The translations under genes and the position numbers were made by a program. This document shows, piece after piece, positions 1-12,890 of a stretch of DNA of 64,000 nucleotides (the stretch's first letter is position 1; every line of letters starts with the position of its first letter). Where the stretch lies: positions 217,496,001-217,560,000 of the forward strand of contig OX597814.1 of the NCBI GenBank assembly GCA_951406725.2, in the 5' to 3' direction. This stretch comes from Octopus vulgaris (lineage: Eukaryota). The notes below the pieces were generated by a model. It was not told the DNA's origin. It did not search any database and saw nothing but the letters and a program-made list of their open reading frames with translations.

Positions 1-773
1 AATGACATATTGTTGCTGATCCAGTTGATGGCAGAGTAATTGTTGTTCAACCCAGATCAGCCTTTATTCGGCCAACTCGCCTCGTTAGCTTACATTATTT
101 AGCAGGTCCTTCACTTCTTAAGATTTGAGGCGTTTTTGGTTGCTATTTTGTAGCATGTTTGAAGACTTCGCCATTAACTCACACATATTTGTTTATATAT
201 AATGGTTAAAGTTTAATAATTAAGAAGGGAGATTATATGGTGTTTTATTAGGTTCCGTTTACACCTGCTTAGCGCTAATAATTCTTTACATATATATATC
301 TTCAAGCAAATCATTTCAGTATTTTTAACCCCCTACTACCAAATTAATACCAGAAATATTCTTTCTGCTATTCTCTGGATAGATCTTGCGATGTCGAAAT
401 AGGATTCAAAAGCGGTTTAACCTACGAGTCACCGTTTACCTCTTGGGGGCATGTATATTTACATATTATTTAAGCATAATACTTTACCCATTATCAGTTA
501 AAAAATAGATTAAGGGTTACGGTGAAAGCAAAGGGTGATAATTTCGAATTGTAAATATATGTATAATGCTGGCTTCAAATTTGGTCACAAGGTCAGCAAG
601 CTCGATAGAGGGGTTAAGTCGATTACATTGACACCGATGGTCAACTGGTACTTATTTTAACAACTCTGAAAGGGATGAAAAGCGAAGTCGACATCGACGG
701 AATTTCAACTCAGAACGTAATCATTTTGTTGCTTGGTACGGTAACGATTCTGTCAACCCGACGCCTTCAAGTA

Positions 774-1338
774 TTGAGTTGTCCGGAAAGTTCGTGCCGA
801 TTTATAGTAGCTTACCTTTCGACTTATTTTAGAACATGGTTGAGTCCATAAAATAGGATTTGACTACACCTCCATCTAGAGCACGGTTTAAGCTATCTTT
901 TCGTGGAAGAAGAATCATGTTCCTATAACCAGTGTTAATTCTGTAACTCTTTAAAATGGAAGATAAGAAAGTTCATTTTCGGCACTTGATGCTTTGGGAA
1001 CCAAACAAAAATTGCTGCAGCTCGGCTGGGGTGTGTTACCCCACCCATCATATTCACCAGATATTGCTCCTTTGGATTTCCACTTATTCAGGTCTCTACA
1101 GAATAGTCTTAATGGTAAAATTTAAATTCCTTGGATGATGTAAAAAGATACCTTAATGAATTCTTTGCCATGAAACCACCTCAATTCTGGAAAGAGGGTA
1201 TTTTCAAATTAAAGGAAAGATGGAGACGCATTGTGCAACAAAATGGTTCATATTTGGTTGATTAAAACTGTAAATGCAAGTATTTATTGACCTTTTTCTT
1301 TCCTTTAAAAATCGGCACGAACTTTCCGGACAACCCAA
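774..1338 (+). mobile_element. Internally deleted mariner (Tc1/mariner) element with intact TIRs
   Basis: TIR ttgagttgtccggaaagttcgtgccgattt at 774, with its near-perfect reverse complement ending at 1338; TA on both sides. The transposase N-terminus ([15 protein letters not shown]) is joined to the C-terminal [20 protein letters not shown]...RWRRIVQQNGSY motifs. Confidence 0.9.
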
Positions 1339-1536
1339 TATTTATGTATAATATTATCATTAAATATAACAATCAACCGGTAAACTTCCATTAACCAAAA
1401 CCTAAAACTTTTTATTTCATAACAAAATGAATAATGGGCAATCGGAATAAAGTTTGTCTGAATTTATTCATAGGATTGTGTAGCATATGCAATATTCTAA
1501 CACTTTTTCTTTTTCTCCGCGTTCTATTTCAAACAG

Positions 1537-2434
1537 CCTATGTAAAATGTCAGAACACAGCATCAGCAGTGACTACAAATAATGTCAGTACTATTATGTC
1601 TACTTCATTCTCCCCCATAACCAATGGACAAACAACAAATACAATGGCTTCAACAAATTCAACTACATCACCTTCCTCTGTTCTTGGCTCAACACCAGGA
1701 ACTACTACTACTACTTCTTCTTCTACTTCTATTTCTTCTTCTCCTTCTTCTTCTTCTTCTTCTCCTTCTTCTTCTCCTAATTCTTCTTCTTCTGTCTTCT
1801 TCTTCTATTTCTTCTTCTTCTTCTTCTTCTTCATCTTCTTCTTCTCCTTCTTCTCTCTCTTCCACTCCTTCTCTCTCTCCCACTCCTTCTCTCTCTTCCT
1901 CTTCTTCTCCTACTCTTCCTCCCTCTTCTTCTCCTTCTTCATCTTTTTCTCCTATCACCTCTTCTTCTATTTCTCTTTCTCCTTCCACCCCTTCCACCCT
2001 TTCTGGCTCTCTTCCTTCTTCCACTTCTCTAACTTCCTCTCTCTCTCCTTCTTCTGCTTCAACGTTGTCCCCTACAATACAACCTTCTACATCATCCAAT
2101 GGACTTGGGACAACTACTTCGAGTTCATCATCTCCAAATACAACAAGTATAACTGCCACCCCTACCATTCAGAACACATCTCAGGGAACCACAAATGTAA
2201 CTCAGAGTTTTATTTCGACTCCAATCATTACCTCGACTCTTATCTCAGCAAACGAAAGTACCATCGAAACCATCACAACATCAACTGTTGGTGTATCGCA
2301 AAGTGTTAATTCCAATACAACGACAAACGTAACGGAACCACCAGCGATAACAAAGGAGAATACAGTACCAGTTATTACTACAAAGGGACCAGCGGTTACC
2401 ACAGGTGCACCTGTAACAATGCAGCCAGTTATAT
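1537..2434 (+). CDS. Transmembrane mucin (MUC3/12/17-like): first coding exon found in the window, with the signal-peptide end and the Ser/Thr/Pro mucin domain; apparent 1-nt frameshift at ~1794
   Basis: Pyrimidine tract plus CAG acceptor at 1534-1536; GTAAGT donor at 2435. Reads (x)YVKCQNTASAVTTNN... then S/T-rich to ...TMQPVI. Length is 898 nt, or 897 nt (phase 1/1) if G1794 is removed. Confidence 0.85.
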
Positions 2435-2838
2435 GTAAGTAATTAAAACACACTTCATTACATGTGCGTGTGTGTGTGTGTGTGTGTGTGTTAATAGTTT
2501 AGTCAGTGACGGAAGGACAGCACCCATAACACTTTTCAGGGCCTCTAAGACCAGTTAGAAGAAGGCAATTATCTTCAAGCTGAAGATGTCCCGAATACCC
2601 GTAATAAACTGGTGTCTGCTGAAGGCACACAATGTATGTATATATATATATATAATATATATAAATATATATGCATATATACATACATATATGTACATAC
2701 CCACATATATATGTGTATATATACGTACATGTATAGGTACAGGACGTCAAAAAAACGTGAACAAAATGAAAAACGAGAACATAAAAAAACAAAGAAATGT
2801 AAACGAAATTTTTTTCGGACAGGAAAAGAAACAAATAG

Positions 2839-2913
<75 letters not shown>

Positions 2914-3148
2914 TTATTTTATAGAAGGAGCTTCTACAGGACTAGAAATGTTTCATTCAGATGAAACAGTTCTAGTCCTGTAGAAGCTCCTTCTATAAAA
3001 TAAATTACTTTACTCTGCTATGTATTGAGTACCTTATTTACTGTGGTTAACCCCGACTCAACCCGGGACCTACACACACACACACACACACAATATATAT
3101 ATATATATATATATAAATAGCTATAATATATATATATAATATATATAG

Positions 3149-3187
<39 letters not shown>

Positions 3188-3306
3188 GATATCAGAATCG
3201 TGTTCCGTCTCTTTTTCATAATGGCTCTAAACTTTAAGTGTAGCTCACGGTGCAGAATATCAAGATGAATGATGCCTAGTCATACATATCACCATGACTT
3301 TTGCAT

Positions 3307-3481
<175 letters not shown>

Positions 3482-4607
3482 CAACTAGTGCAAAAGTCAT
3501 GGTGACTGGTTTTGGTGTATGACTAGGGCATCATTCATCTTGATTTTCTGGAATGTATCTGCACCGTGAGCGGTACATTTGTGACACTTAAAAAGTTTAG
3601 AGGAGCCATTATGAAAAAGAGACGGAACACGATTCTGAATACGATCCACATTTACCATTACGATACATGACCTCCTCGCATATCTTGGCGACGAATCGGG
3701 CAATCGATCCATTGAAGGACAGTCTTCATGGGCAATGATTTGATGAGACAGGCGAAGTGAAAATAGCTGTAAAGAAATGGGTACAACAGTGCACACCTAA
3801 TCTTTTCCAAAGAATATCCAAGAGTTGGTTGAATGATGGTTCACATGCAATGCATTGCTTGTGGCTTGTGCTATACAAAGCTACTATTCAACATAGTTAA
3901 ATAGTAGCTTTGTATAGAGGAAAAGTTACTCTATCAACATGCGCATTTTGAACCACCTGTGCCCACTTTTTTCGGGACAACCCTCACACTTCATATTTCA
4001 AGAACCAGTGTATACAAAGTAACTAGCACGAGTTGCCTAAGCGAAATAAATACAAGGGTCACACACTTTATTATCTTACCTAAGGCTTGATATTTACTCG
4101 CTATCCGACGTGTTTGAAACATTTAGACAGTCAACCTTGGAAGACGACAGCTTCTGCGTGGTAAATTATGTAACAAATTTGATTGAGTGGACCCGTCCTG
4201 AATCTGTTGCAAATCAAACCTAAAGACACAAAGCTTAAATATATCATTACCCGAATTCACTATTATATAGGTTAGTTAGTTCATCAGTTAAGATATGCAT
4301 TTTAAATATTCTCTCCTGACACATAACTCAATTGTAAATTTGTTTTTGTAGTCTAATGTTGAAAATGTAACTGTATTATTTTAAACTTATTTGCACAATA
4401 GTTTTGTTTAATGGAATAAAGCTAAAGTAGAACCTGTACAGTTTCATGCATGTTAAAAATGTCTGTTTAATTTAATGTAGATGATAGTTAACACTGTGGC
4501 GTTTATAATATACTAGTAATCATCTGGACTATATTTATGAGAATAAGTTTAAATATTGTAAGATGAGTTTAATGTATCAAAATAGAGAAACAATATGGCA
4601 AGGCTGC

Positions 4608-4666
<59 letters not shown>

Positions 4667-5002
4667 TTAGAAAATGGAGAAACATACTTAAATCAATCAA
4701 ACATCAACCAACAGATGATACCCAATCAATACTTTATTACACCATTATATAACAGTAAAGGCATTATACAAAATATATTGTAAATATAATTAGACAAGGA
4801 AATAGAAATATAAAATATAAAATATAATATGTAATTATAACATATCTGACAGCTGTTTCGGTAGTAAGGGCAAGCATGCCTCATTTAACTTATAAGCCAT
4901 ATAAGATATATTTTCTTGTCTTGTCTATCTAGTATATGTGTGTTGTTGAGTGTGATTGGTGGTTGTATCTAATGTTGTCTAATGTTGGTGCTGAGAAGAA
5001 GG

Positions 5003-5320
5003 TGAAGGCGCGTGGCTCAGTGGTTAGGGCATTCGGCTCACGACCGTAAGGTCGTAAGTTCAATTCTCGGCGACGCGTTGTGTCCTTGAGCAAGACACTT
5101 TATTTCCCGTTGCTCCAGTCCACTCAGCTGGCAACAATGAGTAGTGCCTGTGTTTCAAAGGGCCAGCCTTGTCACACACTGTGTCATGCTGAATCTCCCT
5201 GAGAATTACGTTAAGGGCACACGTGTCTGCGGATTGCTCAGCCACTTGCACGTTAATTTCACGAGCATGCTGTTCCGTTGATCGTATCAGCTGGGACCCA
5301 GGTCGTTGTAACCGACGGAG
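5003..5320 (+). mobile_element. tRNA-derived SINE with 15-bp TSD
   Basis: A box tggctcagtggttagg and B box gttcaattc. TSD gtgctgagaagaagg at 4988-5002 and 5320-5334. Confidence 0.85.
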
Positions 5321-6059
5321 TGCTGAGAAGAAGGAAAATGGATTTGGTAGGTGTGGTGACAAGTTTCTAAATGACTGATTTACAGTTAGAACGACTGTGA
5401 TAATAGTAGAGGAGGAGAAATAATGAGAATGGGGTAGACAGAGACAGACAATTAGACAGCCACTTCTAGCTCTATCTAATACGTGTGATGGTTCATTGCA
5501 GTTATATGGCTTGTTGTGTATTTTCTATGCTTCAGTGCGTATGTGTGTGTTTTATCTGTTCTGTTGTTTTTCATACGTAGCCTTACTTCAAGTTTATTGG
5601 AAAAGACCTTTGATTAAAAGAATTGATATAGGGTTAGAGCAGTTGGTACATGTGGGTATGATGTCTCTGCTGAGTAGGTTTTGAAGAGGTTCACGAAGGT
5701 CATGTAGATGCAGGTTGTAAAGAGTGAATAAAAAAGCGGATTTTTGTAATCTGATAAATATCGTAAGCTCTTTTATGTACATTGTATGAGCTTGGCGACC
5801 TCCGCGATAATTTTCTACCTTTATATTTTTATCCTACATCAAACTTTTCTCGTGTTTTCCTTTCTTTTTTCATGTTGGATAATTCTAAAGCTAGGCAAGT
5901 TAGCTGTTACATATAGTAGTTGCTAAGTGGGGCCTCGTTTTATTCCTTCCAGGACTTACATAAATGGCAATTTCACTTCAGAATGTTTGTGCAAAGCTTG
6001 AAAAAGTTGATGTGTAAAACGAAAAGCATGTTTTCAAATGTATTGTTGTTCCTTTTCAG

Positions 6060-6169
6060 CCAAATTTGAGTTCCCGTTTCGGATGTCATTCAACACAACA
6101 TTCGATACAGCATTACTCGATCGCAGCTCTTCTCTTTACAGAACGGTGTCGGACAATATTACTGGAGAG
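6060..6169 (+). CDS. Mucin exon: SEA domain N-terminal part (SKFEFPFRMSFNTTFDTALLDRSSSLYRTVSDNITGE)
   Basis: ttttcag acceptor and GAG|gtaaa donor; phase 1 in, 0 out. Has the SEA-type F...L.D.SS..Y pattern. Confidence 0.85.
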
Positions 6170-6842
6170 GTAAAATTGACTATTTCTAAATATTTATGTG
6201 CAATAATAAATTTAGGATAAAAAAGAAAATCCAGTTTTTTTAAAATATTAGCTTCAACTACAATATTATAAACTCTCTCATTATGATTTACTGTGTTAAA
6301 TGGAAGATTATGTTCTAAGATATAATGAAGTCGTTCCATATCGTCAAAGCTAGTAAATAAGGGGCAATAGTTTGTTGTGAGAAGTGAAAACACAGCGTTT
6401 CGGATACTTGTGCTTCTTTGAAGAGAAAGAAAAATATATGTATGCACAGCTATTAAATAAAAAACAAAAGAGAATAATTTGGAGGGAAAATACGACAATG
6501 AAAATCGATAATGTGCGTGATGTTGGAACTAGTATGAGGAAATCAACTGAAGAAAAGGAGAGGTGAAAGTTAGTACCCAATCAATTGAAAATGGGGGTCG
6601 TAAGATCCCAAGTAAATGAATGAAAAATGGAAAAAGAAGAGGCTGTGAGTGTGAAGAAAACTGAATTAGCGAAAACAATTATCGCGAAGGTCGCCAAGCT
6701 CATACATAATGCATGCATACATACCTACATACATCCATACTTATTTACTTACGTACATACATACATACATACATACATACATACATACATACATACATAC
6801 ATACATACATACATACATACATACATACATACATACATACAT

Positions 6843-7395
6843 GGTGGCTGCCCCCTCGTTATTGAGTATGGCCATTGCACGAAGCTTAATCAATGTTGTT
6901 ATCGTGCAATGCCTGTGCAAGAAGATTTTTTTTTAAGTGAGGAAAGGCTGTGCACTGAGTCAATCCCACTCACTAAGCAACAGCAGAGATATTCCGAAAA
7001 AGAAGAACAAGTCAACATCATCGGTAACCACTGAGCCACAGGTTTTATGTCGGAGTTATCCCAGTTACCTGAGTTACCTTCTCTTAGAAGGATGCCCTAA
7101 CAAAGGCTAGGAGTCCTTCACTCCCAATGGTTTAACCGTGCGATCGGGTATTCAGTCCGATTATTTCTATGTCCCCGCGCATGATACAACCTTAAGACAT
7201 TTATTTGATGGCCATTGACTCTCAAGAGTTCCTCCGCCCTTTGACGGGTTTTGTTTTTCATCCCGCAGGGTGTCCAATAAACACCCTCCTCACCAAGCAA
7301 GCTTGGTGGGTTTGCCGGTTTAGTCGCCCACGACCCGACCATGCAACAGGTTGTACTGGGTTACATGTTAACAGTAGCACTCGAAAGTGATCTGA
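6843..7395 (-). mobile_element. Non-autonomous RTE-related element with an HDV-like ribozyme head, embedded in (ACAT)n
   Basis: The minus strand begins ...GTTAACATG...CATGGTCGGGTCGTGGGCGACTAAACC. (ACAT)n arrays flank both sides. Confidence 0.6.
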
Positions 7396-7881
7396 CATAC
7401 ACATACATACATACATACATACATACATACATACATACATACATACATACATACATACATACATACATACGTACATACGTACATACATACATACATACAT
7501 ACATACATACATACATACATACATACATACGTACGTACATTCATACATACATACATACATACATACATACATACGTACGTACGTACATTCATACATACAT
7601 GCATACATACATACATACATACATACATACATACATACATACATACGTACGTACATACATACATACATACATGCATACATACATACATACATACATACAT
7701 ACATACATACATACATACATACATGCATGCATGCATACATACATACATGCATACATACATACATACGTACGTACGTACGTACGTACGTACATACATACAT
7801 ACATACATACATACATACATACATACATACATACATACGTACGTACATTCATACATACGTACGTACATTCATACATACATG

Positions 7882-7913
<32 letters not shown>

Positions 7914-8039
7914 CATACATACATACATACATACATACATACATACATACATACGTACGTACTTACATACATACATACATACATACGTACGTACGTACGT
8001 ACGTACATACGTACATACATACATACATACATACATACA
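7396..8039. repeat. (ACAT)n/(ACGT)n tetranucleotide microsatellite
   Basis: Seen directly. Source of the YIHT/MYVC pseudo-ORFs. Confidence 0.98.
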
Positions 8040-8732
8040 ATCACGAAGCGACAAGTCGCTTTTATAGTGTGGGACACTAATCATCAAAAACACGATAAAA
8101 TATTATCTCCGACTTTGTAGCCACTTTATCAATTCTGTTAAATAAATGGTTAATCTTCACATGCATTGACTAAGGGAACCTCTTAATCAAGAGCGTAGTG
8201 ATTTTCATCTTAAACTTGAATTTATCGTGCAGTGAGATGCTGCAAACAACATGGCTGGATACGTCAACATGGACAACACAGTTACAGAACGGAAGAGAAA
8301 CATCATAAAAAGTCAACAGTCTCTTTTTACCCTTGCGACTGTAATTAAATAACTCTAGGATGAAAGAGTAACAATATATTTCTTTATTGCCCACAAGGAG
8401 CTAAACATAGAGGGGACAAACAAGGACAGACAAAGGGATTAAGTTGATTACATCGACCCCAGAGCGTAACTGGTACTTAATTTATCGACCTCGAAAGGAT
8501 GAAGAGACTTGATTGCCGGATACTGATACAAGAAGTTAACTTTCCACCAACTGTATCTAGTCAACTTGTACTAGTAAGCTCTCGATCTTAACTCTGGCAG
8601 AAGCAAAACTATTCCTCAAAACAAAACCACTCATGTGGCAAAGAACTGCCCACCAACTGCTTGTCAGAATTTTATGTGTAAAGTATATACAGCCTGTTTA
8701 AACTTATTCCTCCAAAACCATTGTGAAAATAT

Positions 8733-9227
8733 TATCTGTTTCTTTATTACCCACAAGGCGCTAAACACAGAGGGGACAAACAAGGACAGACAAACGGATT
8801 AAGTCGATTACATCGACCCCAGTGCGTAACTGGTACTTAATTTATCGATCCCGAAAGGATGAAAGGCAAAGTCGGCCTCGGCGGGATTTGAACTCAGAAC
8901 GTAACGGCAGACGAAATACGACTACGCATTTCGCCCGGCGTGCTAACGTTTCTGTCAGCTCGCCGCCTTATAACTAAATGCGCCCTTTTCAAGCCTAGCC
9001 AGGCTCATGGGGCCGGTTTCCCGGTTTCAATGGCGTATGTATTCCCCAGCTGGACGGGACGCCACTCTATCGCAGCGTTACTCATTTTTGCCAGCTGAGT
9101 GAACTGGAGCAACGTGAAATGAAGTGTTTTGCTCAAGAACACAACGCGTCGCCCGGTCCAGGAATCGAAACCACAATCTTATGATCATGATACTCACACC
9201 CTAGCTACTAATCCAAGCGCATCCACG
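8733..9227 (-). mobile_element. Two tRNA-derived SINEs head-to-tail inside one TSD
   Basis: Two Pol III-type heads, at ~9227 and ~8970. TSD ttgtgaaaatat at 8721-8732 and 9228-9239. Confidence 0.8.
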
Positions 9228-9959
9228 TTGTGAAAATATCATCATCACAGTAGAACAAAGAAGAAGAAAAGAGATTGGAATGAAGCAGGCGGTACTCCAG
9301 CATGGCCGCAGTCAAATGACAGAAACAAGTAAAAGAGTAAAAGAGAGAGTAGGCAATGCTGATCAACAGAATTGTAATGTCAAAGGTTCGGCGATATATG
9401 AGATACTTGGTTTTGAAACGACAGTGAATATCTTCTCTGCACTTTTCGGGTGCAGTTGGTGCAATCACTATCCGTTGCTTTAATATCCAGATTCTACCAG
9501 TCAGAAACAACAAGACGCAGACGTAAAAAATATATATCTACTTTATTCTCTTATGACAGTAACAAATAAGTGGTGTATCTGGTATCCCTTTGGTATGGAT
9601 GTGTCAGAGCTGAACTTTATCGCTTGTAAGAGTTGACAATGTTCAAATGCTAACAACACTGCCAAGATGGCGTCCGGAGGGAGAAGATGATGCGGTCTGC
9701 AACAAATGCTGGTTAAAAGTCTTTTGGTAAAGGCTGCTGCTATGATCAAGTCCGGAGAGAGAAAGAATTACACGTCTGTTGCCTTCAGTCGTCGTGTCTC
9801 AAGTCACTGCCTACTGGACGCTGGTGGTCAACGTCCTACGCTCCCCTTGCCTCGCGGCTAAACTGCCACGTAGGCAAATGGTCCTTCTTCCGGTGGTGAA
9901 AGCACCAACTCCGCACGCGCGAAACAGAAATGGACGGTGCGCGAGCGCGCACCGTTATA

Positions 9960-10460
9960 TAGGATCACTACAGTTTCAATGTGGCTGGACTATAAGAAAG
10001 CATGTGACTCTATCTCACTTCGTCTAGTTAAGGTTCTAGATAACATAGTAAAAGCCAAAGCTGACTTGACTTCATCTTGGGCCACCATCTTGAAATTGAA
10101 GTCGAGGACTGATAAAATACAGAATTGTGGAGGTTTATCTCAAGGAGACAGTCTCATGTGATGTAAATCATTCTTCTAGTAACCCTCTTGTCATTTATGG
10201 TGAGGCTGTCTGAAGAGTATCTCGTTAGTTCACAGGAAGAGAGAAGCCCCAAGATAACATGATTAAACACTGCTTCTTTGTAGATGGCTTGAAACTGTAT
10301 GCCAGGAATATGCATGATATGGAAAAGAACCGTGAACTGTTAACAACATTCTCAGAGGATGTAGGGTTGGAGTTTGGTCAAGATAAATGTTCTTCTATGG
10401 CTGTGAAACGAAGGGAAACTGTAAACCAGACAAGACAAACATCAGTTCCATCAATAACTC
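9960..10460 (+). mobile_element. Degenerate non-LTR (R4/Dong-like) reverse transcriptase fragments
   Basis: Motifs WLDYKKACDSI, GLSQGDSL and HCFFVDGLKLYA...VGLEFGQDKC. Confidence 0.75.
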
Positions 10461-11240
10461 GACCGTTTCTCCGAGGAATACTATACATGTGCGCATGTAA
10501 CAGGTGAATGGACAGAGAAACTCAACTCTTATAATATAGATTCTTCAATTACCTAACGTATTTAAAATAATCTTGTAAACATTAAGTGATGCTGTGGTAA
10601 GGATAACGATGTGAACATATTTACACTTTATCAGCTTAGATGTAGACAATGTTACACGCTTCTTCAACTAATAACATCGAATATAGCTATCTGGTGGTCA
10701 TGAGTGTGACAATAAATATGCGACAATATTTCAGATACAAAATTAAGAATTTTGCTGTTTAGTATATAATTAATATCTAGAATTTATAAAGAAGTACAAT
10801 ATCCTTGTCAAGAAAGCAACTGACTTCTAATAGACAGGCTGTGGATTTGTGTCCACAAAGGAACTATTAATTATATGAACTGCAGTATTGACTCGAAAGA
10901 TAGGAACAAAAATATATGCTTTTCGTTTTTAATCTTGACTTGCACTCAGGATTTCTGTGTAAAAATTTCCTCCATACAATGTTGATAAAATAAATACAAA
11001 TAATATTCAGATTAATTCGACCTACTTCTAAAGAAATAATAACGTTTTGTGAGAAGGGGACACATTTTTAATGAAGCTTGAATGCATAGAAATTACAATA
11101 TGTGGTAGAGAGAGGTAAAATGTATGAGTTTATATCTTCTCGTCTCAATTCGCTTAAAATCTTAATATTGTATTTGCTGATCAACCCTAGGTAAAGAAAC
11201 AATTAATTTATTGTAAATATTTTTATTTCTTTTTTTCCAG

Positions 11241-11299
11241 TTAACTAAAGTGTATAAAAGTACACCCGGTTTCATTTCAGTATTAGTTACCGGATTTAG
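11241..11299 (+). CDS. Mucin exon: SEA domain middle (LTKVYKSTPGFISVLVTGF-R)
   Basis: Long T tract plus ccag acceptor; AG|gtaagt donor; phase 0 in, 2 out. Too short to appear in the ORF track. Confidence 0.85.
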
Positions 11300-11681
11300 G
11301 TAAGTCGATTTCTTTATGTAAAAATATTTTGTTTACATTAGCACAGGGCCATATTTTCTTTGGTAGGGATTTTCGTTAGTTGCTTTGACTTCAAGACTTG
11401 ACTAGTTCGTACCTCGTTCTTTCAGGCGGGATAAAGGGCAAAACAAAGATCTGCAACTTTTAGGAAGTCGATTTCTCTAAAAGAAAATCTTAATTTTGTT
11501 ACATTGGCACAATGCCAACACCTGCAGATTTTAGAATAAGTAAAATAACTATATCTAAATAAAATACTGCAAGATTTTTTGTTCAGTGTTCTGCCATTTC
11601 TACTATGTCTACCTTGTAATTACCCCATCAGAACCTTTACTGTACAAATATTGACCAAACTAGATTATTTTAGCTAAACAA

Positions 11682-11717
<36 letters not shown>

Positions 11718-11935
11718 ATTAACTGGTACTTAATTTATCGACCCCGAAAGGATGAAAATCAAAGTCGACCTCGGCGGAATTTGAACTCAGAACGTAACGG
11801 CAGACGTAATACGGCTACGCATTTCGCCCGGCGTGCTATCGTTTCTGCCAGCTCGCTACCTTAGTCTACTGGATATAATGAGAAAAGACAATTGATGCTA
11901 GAGTATTAAGACAAGTAAAAAAAGAAACAACATAT

Positions 11936-12161
11936 GTGGAGGCGCAATGGCCCAGTGGTTAGGGCAGCGGACTTGCGGTCGGAGGATCGCGTTTTCGATT
12001 CCCAGACCGGGCGTTGTGTGTGTTTATTGAGCGAAAACACCTAAAAGCTCCACGAGGCTCCGGCAGGAGATGGTGGTGATCCCTGCTGTACTCTTTCACC
12101 ACTCTAAAGGCGGTGCTCCAGCATGGCCGCAGTCAAATGACTGAAACAAGTAAAAAAAAAA
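11936..12161 (+). mobile_element. Chimeric SINE with TSD
   Basis: Head gtggaggcgcaatggcccagtggttagg; tail ...ccagcatggccgcagtcaaatgactgaaacaagta(A)n. TSD aaaaaaagaaacaacatat on both sides. Confidence 0.75.
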
Positions 12162-12832
12162 AAAAAAAGAAACAACATATCTGAATGTTAAAAGAATATA
12201 TGTCTCAACTCAAAATCCTAGAAACAACCAAACCTATAATATTATTCTTCAAAACGTACTGATGCTGAAATAGAGATCAGGATTCTACAAAGACAAATTT
12301 GAAAAGTAAAATACAACCAGAATAATTAAAAAGAATATTAATAGATGATATATTATATCCAGCAACAAAAGAACCAATAGTGAAATTGTGTAGGTGATCA
12401 TGAAATTGATTAACTTGCATGGAGGTTCGGTATTCCGTTTTTAACAAGAAAAATATTTCAAAGTAAAGAATGATTTTTTACCTGTTTGTCCAGAAACCCA
12501 GTTTATGTATAACTGGAGCAAATTGAAGAGTGAACGATATAGAACAAACGAATGACACTGCATGGGCAACAAATTCGATTTCTTAGCAACAGACAAATAA
12601 CTCTCGTTGAACATATACTTATATGTGCAACAAGATTCTCCCAGACCATAACTTCTCTGAAAATGTGTATGAATAAAAACACAAAAATTGTGTGTGTGTG
12701 TGTGTGTGTGAGTACGTGCGCGCGCACGTGTATATGTCTGCACGTCTCTATGTATGATTTTATATTAAGATTTTCTAATTGAACCATTGATTTAAGTTTC
12801 CTATCGTTACTCTCTTCTAGCGATCTCTTTCT

Positions 12833-12890
<58 letters not shown>

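Noticed and set aside
1-1536. First (ATG/signal peptide) exon and promoter of the mucin
   Set aside because: No convincing ATG-hydrophobic-GT exon was found. The region is mostly SINE and mariner, so the exon is probably upstream of the window.
1434-2442. Phe-rich (1434-2309), Leu-rich (start of 1624-2442) and Glu/Arg-rich (1689-2168, minus) ORFs as separate proteins
   Set aside because: They are alternative frames of the (TCT)n Ser tract of a single mucin exon.
5003-5075. tRNA-like heads (also at 11936, 16586, 31268, 48458) as tRNA genes
   Set aside because: They continue into SINE bodies, several with TSDs, and lack a proper acceptor stem.
7258-8120. Long YIHT/MYVC ORFs, and similar IYIY and HTHT ORFs elsewhere
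   Set aside because: Translations of microsatellites that lack stop codons.
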